Positions 33,491 through 38,072 of a DNA stretch of 38,072 nucleotides are shown one piece after another. Location of the stretch: IMG/VR virus record IMGVR_UViG_3300030108_003891, positions 1 through 38,072 of that record. One strand, written 5' to 3'. The DNA comes from a virus (Duplodnaviria > Caudoviricetes). Position 1 is the stretch's first letter; each line of letters starts with the position of its first letter. The notes under the pieces were generated by a model. That model was not told the origin of the DNA, did not search any database, and saw only the letters and a list, made by a program, of their open reading frames with translations. The position numbers and the translations under genes were made by a program.

Positions 33491-36400
33491 ATGTCGTTTA
33501 GTGAACGGTTGCAGAAGAAGCTGCTCCCATCAACGGAGCTTTACATCAAGACGATTGAGTCTCGATTCAAGGAGCCTCTCAAGCAAGCTCAGGCGATTGA
33601 AAAAGAGATCCGCACCCTTGAGAATCCTAAGAACTTACGAGCAGCCCGAAGCCGGTCTGTGGGTGCGTATAGTCAGCTTCTTCGGTACTACTTGGAGTCT
33701 GAAGCGAAAGGTAGAGAGCAGAACCAAGCCGTACTAGACAAGGTGAATCGGTTCCTGGACGGGCTACAGCAGAAAAGACAAGAAGACTCCGAATCATTCC
33801 GCGCAGCTAAAGATGCGGAACGTGGTATCGATAAGTTTTTGTTTGATGACAATACGTTCCAAGTCGTAGGTGGTGACACGGCTATTCGTAGATTTATGCA
33901 GTTGCTGGAAGATAATGATGTTGAAGATCAAAATATACTTTTTGCGTTAGATTATGCCCTCAAAAACACAACCAACGAAAACTCTAGAAAGTTTTTGATA
34001 AAAGAACTTCAAGATCAAATTAAGGAACTAGATCCTAAATATCTTGATGCAGAAGAAGGCGAGCTTCCTGATGTAACAAAATATATCGATAAAAAGTACC
34101 CTGACTACAGTAGTGAAACAGCTCAAGGTAAAAGAAATCGAGCTTTTGTTCTGAGAGATGATTTCATCAAGAAAAATTACCTTAAACTCGGTTTGACGGC
34201 GAAGGAAGTAAAAGGGTTCAGAGACCATAGTGATATGATATCGAGTCTCCAGGATATTGTCCTTGGCAAGCGAAGCAATGTACTCGTAGACTTGAGTGAT
34301 CAGACGGACGAGGAAAAAGCCCAGTTTGCTCAGGCTCAACCCGGTCTCACTGTAGAGAATGGCAGGGTCATCGTTGATCCAGATGCAGACGAAGAGGACC
34401 GGAAAGGCGGTCAACTGATCCTCGATAGTGTGGGCTCCTCAAGCCCTACAGTCGACGAGTTTATCGATTCTTCGACGGTTCAGGACGCATATGCTGGTGT
34501 CGACAGCGGAGCGAGCGCCGAAAGAAAGATGAAAGAGCGGGTAGAGGAACTCAAGGCTCTTCAAGATCAGAGGCTTCAAGCGGCAGCACAGGAAGGCCGC
34601 CTTTCACCCGCTCAGATCTCAGTCCTCACGAACCCCCTGTTCACTCGCACAGGATTCCGTGGTCAAAGCTATGGCGGTTACCTTGCACCGCGTGCATCTG
34701 CGACACCGACACCAGTGGCTGCTGAGCCTGCTGCTGAGCCTGCTGAGGAAGTTGAGGAAGCTCCTGCTGAAGTCGATGAGAGGTCTGGATCTGCGGGAGT
34801 CCCAATCATCCCTGCTGTAATCAATCGTTTTAAGAAGGCATACGATAGAGCAACCACAGCGGACGATTCCGAAAAGGATGCTACCCACCGTGAGTTCACG
34901 GATGTTGTCGATGGCTTCACGCGACTCCCTGCGGACATTCAAAGTCAATTCCCTCGTGATTTTGTTCGTGCTGTGTACAACTTTAAAACTGAACAAAAAC
35001 AGGGGAAGGATGACACACCTGAGCAGCAGCAGATGGATTTTGCTAGTGCGATAAAGAGCCTCGATGATGCTGCAATCACCACAAAAACTATCGGTGAGTA
35101 TGTTGCCGATGTTGGCAGTGATCCAAACGCAACCGCGCTCGAATCAACCGCAGATATGGTCGAGTTTCTAAATCACCCAGATTCGGTCGGTGAAGGATCA
35201 TCTGTCGTTGGTAGGAACGTCCCTGTGGGTGCGATTGCTTTCGACTTCTTAGACACCATGAATCAAATCGGAGCCGGGTCAGCGAGTAAGTCTGATCTCA
35301 TAAGTGTGTTTGAGGAGGCACGAGGTCTTTCACAACAAGATAGACCCGACTTTTTTGATACCGATAAATACGGCAGATATGAATCTGTCGATAACTTTGT
35401 AGCGGCAATGGATAGCCAGCGTGGTGGAATAGCTCGTAAGAGAACACGTAGGCGGACTGAGTCAGACCCACCACAACAACCCACGGCTCCTATCGAGCTT
35501 GATCAGTCACAGCCGCCTACACAGCCCATTGACATCGACAACGACGATGAGCTTGATCGCAGAACTCTGGCAGCAATCGACGATGTCAAAGATGCCGAAG
35601 AGTCTATGGTTGAGCAGAGAGCGATAGCAAAAGCTCAACAGGATGCCTACAACCGATCAAGAGACATGGCCGGTGGCCTCACAGATGAGGAGAAGCAAAA
35701 TCGTGGCCTCGCTAGTGTGGAGCCGTCAACTGAAGCTGAACCGTCAACGACGACGCCAGATGAAGTAGATCTTCCTGGGCCATCTGAAGAGCAAATTGCA
35801 GCGGATCTCGCATCTTCGAGAAAGATTCTAGCGCAGCAAGAGGCTGATCGCCAAGCGTCGAAGCGTGTCCTTGAGCAGCAAGAGGCTGATCGCCAAGCGT
35901 CGAAGCGTGTCCTCGAGCAGCAAGAAAAAGACAGACAAGCCTCATTAGCGCAACTCGAAGCGGAAAGAGAGGACATTCCGCCTACCGATCGAGGCACGAC
36001 AGTTGAAGGAAGAGATGTCCCACTAGTTGATGCAAAGCCTGGACCCGAGGATACGAGCGTCCGAGTAGGTGGTGTGCCTGTTGAGCCCGAGAGGACTCCC
36101 GATCAACAGCTTGCAGAGGTTCAAGCGGCTCTGCCTAAGGGAGACACTCCAAGGATCGATACTGGTAAGACGGATGAACAATTGGTGAGGGAGCGTGAAG
36201 AGCGATCCAGAGACAGTATGCTCAAGGCCACGCAAGAACTACTGACGGATATCGACACAGGTAAGCTGAGTTTCGAGGAGGCAATCGATGCATCCAATGA
36301 AATGGCAGAAGTGTATGGAAACTTGGTCGGGCCAAACTACAGAACGAAACTATATCGAGCGATTGATAAAGCGTTTAATGTCAGACCTGAAGCAGATCCC

Positions 36401-36919
36401 ACGCCAGAGCAGCCATACCGTCTAGATCCAGAAAACTTGCCCGTTGTTGAGCCCAACATGCTCACAAACAGAACGAACAACGCGAAGATCCTGCGCGATG
36501 AGTTCACAAAGCTGGGCTACAGCAAAAATCAGATTGAAGCATTTGTGGCGACGGCAATTTCCGAGAGTGACCTAAAAGCCAACGCGAGTAACAAACGAGG
36601 TGAAGACTCACACGGACTTTTCCAGTTCAATCGCAGACGAGGAGAAGGTGAGGGGTTTGAAGTCAGCCAACTGCAAAATCCATACTTCCAGATCATGAAG
36701 ATTCATGACGCAATCTCTACCCGTCCAGAACTGGCATTTTTTAAGAATAATCCCGATGCATCGGCAGACGATCTAATCGTGGACTTCAATAAAAACTATA
36801 TTCGTCCTGCTGGTATTTTTGGTCAGGAGAAGCAAGACGAGCGCAAGGCTTACATTCCCTACGCTCGACGAGAGCTTGATAAACTCGAACAAGATCAGGT
36901 TCAACTGACCGTTCCATAG
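33491..36919 (+). CDS. Large internal virion protein with C-terminal phage-tail-lysozyme-like domain
   Basis: GAGG RBS. C-terminal LGYSKNQIEAFVATAISESDL..SHGLFQFN..FNKNYIRPA (ES and GLFQ lysozyme-fold motifs). Confidence 0.8.
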   Translation: MSFSERLQKKLLPSTELYIKTIESRFKEPLKQAQAIEKEIRTLENPKNLRAARSRSVGAYSQLLRYYLESEAKGREQNQAVLDKVNRFLDGLQQKRQEDSESFRAAKDAERGIDKFLFDDNTFQVVGGDTAIRRFMQLLEDNDVEDQNILFALDYALKNTTNENSRKFLIKELQDQIKELDPKYLDAEEGELPDVTKYIDKKYPDYSSETAQGKRNRAFVLRDDFIKKNYLKLGLTAKEVKGFRDHSDMISSLQDIVLGKRSNVLVDLSDQTDEEKAQFAQAQPGLTVENGRVIVDPDADEEDRKGGQLILDSVGSSSPTVDEFIDSSTVQDAYAGVDSGASAERKMKERVEELKALQDQRLQAAAQEGRLSPAQISVLTNPLFTRTGFRGQSYGGYLAPRASATPTPVAAEPAAEPAEEVEEAPAEVDERSGSAGVPIIPAVINRFKKAYDRATTADDSEKDATHREFTDVVDGFTRLPADIQSQFPRDFVRAVYNFKTEQKQGKDDTPEQQQMDFASAIKSLDDAAITTKTIGEYVADVGSDPNATALESTADMVEFLNHPDSVGEGSSVVGRNVPVGAIAFDFLDTMNQIGAGSASKSDLISVFEEARGLSQQDRPDFFDTDKYGRYESVDNFVAAMDSQRGGIARKRTRRRTESDPPQQPTAPIELDQSQPPTQPIDIDNDDELDRRTLAAIDDVKDAEESMVEQRAIAKAQQDAYNRSRDMAGGLTDEEKQNRGLASVEPSTEAEPSTTTPDEVDLPGPSEEQIAADLASSRKILAQQEADRQASKRVLEQQEADRQASKRVLEQQEKDRQASLAQLEAEREDIPPTDRGTTVEGRDVPLVDAKPGPEDTSVRVGGVPVEPERTPDQQLAEVQAALPKGDTPRIDTGKTDEQLVREREERSRDSMLKATQELLTDIDTGKLSFEEAIDASNEMAEVYGNLVGPNYRTKLYRAIDKAFNVRPEADPTPEQPYRLDPENLPVVEPNMLTNRTNNAKILRDEFTKLGYSKNQIEAFVATAISESDLKANASNKRGEDSHGLFQFNRRRGEGEGFEVSQLQNPYFQIMKIHDAISTRPELAFFKNNPDASADDLIVDFNKNYIRPAGIFGQEKQDERKAYIPYARRELDKLEQDQVQLTVP
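35833..35943 (+). repeat. 42-bp in-frame tandem repeat (QQEADRQASKRVLE)
   Basis: 35833-35874 and 35875-35916 differ at one base; a third degenerate copy follows. Confidence 0.9.
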
Positions 36920-36924
36920 GGCTC

Positions 36925-37428
36925 ATGAAGATACACGCTCCAACTGAATACATGGTCGTGACATCGCGCATGGGTATGCGTGACGGCCAGAGTCATGACG
37001 GGATTGACCTGCGTGCTCGACACGGCACCGCAATCAGGGCGTTTCGGCCAGGGGTGATCTTTGAGGTCAAGCGATCAGATCATCCCGATGATCCATCCGG
37101 TAAGTACGTCACGATCCTCGCTCAAGACCCTGAGGAGATCCACAAGTACTTCCACATGTCTGAGATCGACCCCGATCTACAGGTAGGCCAAGAGGTCCGT
37201 GCAGGTCAGCAGTTTGCCCTGGCTGGGAGTACCGGCAACTCTGATGGACCTCACCTGCACTTCGAGATTCATCGTAAGAATGGTGAAGGCAAGTTCGAGC
37301 CGATGGATCCCATCGCGCTGTATCCCGAGCATTTCCATAAATACATGGACAAGGAAACGGGACAACCAGTTAATATTGACCAAATACTTAAGTCTAGCAC
37401 GCGAGTCGATAAGCCAAGATTCGCCTGA
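36925..37428 (+). CDS. M23-family metallopeptidase
   Basis: HDGIDL, YFHMS, GSTGNSDGPHLHFE (HxxxD and HxH zinc ligands). Confidence 0.93.
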   Translation: MKIHAPTEYMVVTSRMGMRDGQSHDGIDLRARHGTAIRAFRPGVIFEVKRSDHPDDPSGKYVTILAQDPEEIHKYFHMSEIDPDLQVGQEVRAGQQFALAGSTGNSDGPHLHFEIHRKNGEGKFEPMDPIALYPEHFHKYMDKETGQPVNIDQILKSSTRVDKPRFA

Positions 37429-37442
37429 CTATCGGAGTGAAC

Positions 37443-38072
37443 GTGGCCCAAGACGACACACAACTGGAAGAGCAAGATGACTCAGCCCTTGAGATTGCTC
37501 TCATGGACGCCATGGCTGACAGTGGCGACGATGTCCTCAGCATTGAGAATCCAGTTGATGGCGATGACTTCGACCTCAGTGGCGAACTAAATCTACTCGG
37601 CAACAACACTGACACCGATATCGATCTGTCCCTGGCGAAGCAGACGACGGACAAGATTATCGATGACATCGCGCCTGAAATCGAGGCCGTTGGTGGTGAT
37701 GTAGATGAGGTCAAACAAGGCGTCTTTGATGACATCGCTCCTGAAGATTTGCCTGCACAGCAGGTCTACCCTGTGCCGAAAGTGCGAGAACAGGACCCGG
37801 ATGAACTGCTCCAGGAGGCATCATCCCTCATCGAGACAGCGGTAACTCAATTCAAGGATCAACTGAGGGCCGATGGAAATCTGAGCGATGAAGAGATCGC
37901 AGAGGCGGCGAATCAATATACCGTCAGTCTCGTCGTCGGATCCGGCCTAGCGAAGGACTTTGATCGCAACGTACGCGATGAATTAAATGAGAACACAAAT
38001 GCCATCATCATGGGGAACAACCCCATCGGTGTAACTAAAAAGACTGCATACGACGCTGCACTATTGGCCATG
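37443..38072 (+). CDS. Acidic N-terminus of a further large protein, truncated by the window end
   Basis: Not in the ORF track. GTG at 37443 follows GGAG; 210 codons open to the end (MAQDDTQLEEQDDSALEIALMD...). Confidence 0.8.
   Translation, partial: MAQDDTQLEEQDDSALEIALMDAMADSGDDVLSIENPVDGDDFDLSGELNLLGNNTDTDIDLSLAKQTTDKIIDDIAPEIEAVGGDVDEVKQGVFDDIAPEDLPAQQVYPVPKVREQDPDELLQEASSLIETAVTQFKDQLRADGNLSDEEIAEAANQYTVSLVVGSGLAKDFDRNVRDELNENTNAIIMGNNPIGVTKKTAYDAALLAM

Noticed and set aside
35833-35943. 42-bp repeat as a mini-CRISPR
   Set aside because: Head-to-tail with no spacers, and in frame within a protein.

Overview
A 38-kb piece of an uncultured tailed dsDNA phage genome, probably podovirus-like, in two sharply different parts. 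(i) 1..~3300 is GC-rich (hand-counted lines ~65-70%) and contains no GATC. It is mostly transcribed leftwards from a sigma54-type and two sigma70-type promoters, and holds a Gp88-like gene plus ~1.6 kb of non-coding DNA. That non-coding DNA includes a candidate ~560-nt (possibly ~860-nt) structured RNA with a boxA element and two mutually exclusive ~20-bp helices. (ii) ~3400..38072 is a rightward late region (~50-55% GC, GATC frequent). In order it encodes RusA, a 2277-aa polyvalent virion protein (ART domain plus duplicated zincin), small basic proteins, a HiPIP-like protein, SSB, TerS/TerL, portal, scaffold, major capsid, cement, adaptor/nozzle, three tail proteins, ejection-type proteins, a tail-lysozyme protein and an M23 peptidase. 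The best candidate for an undescribed system is the GATC-free, probably first-injected leader with its long switchable RNA and dual sigma54/sigma70 control. All family assignments are from motif recognition by eye; no searches were run.
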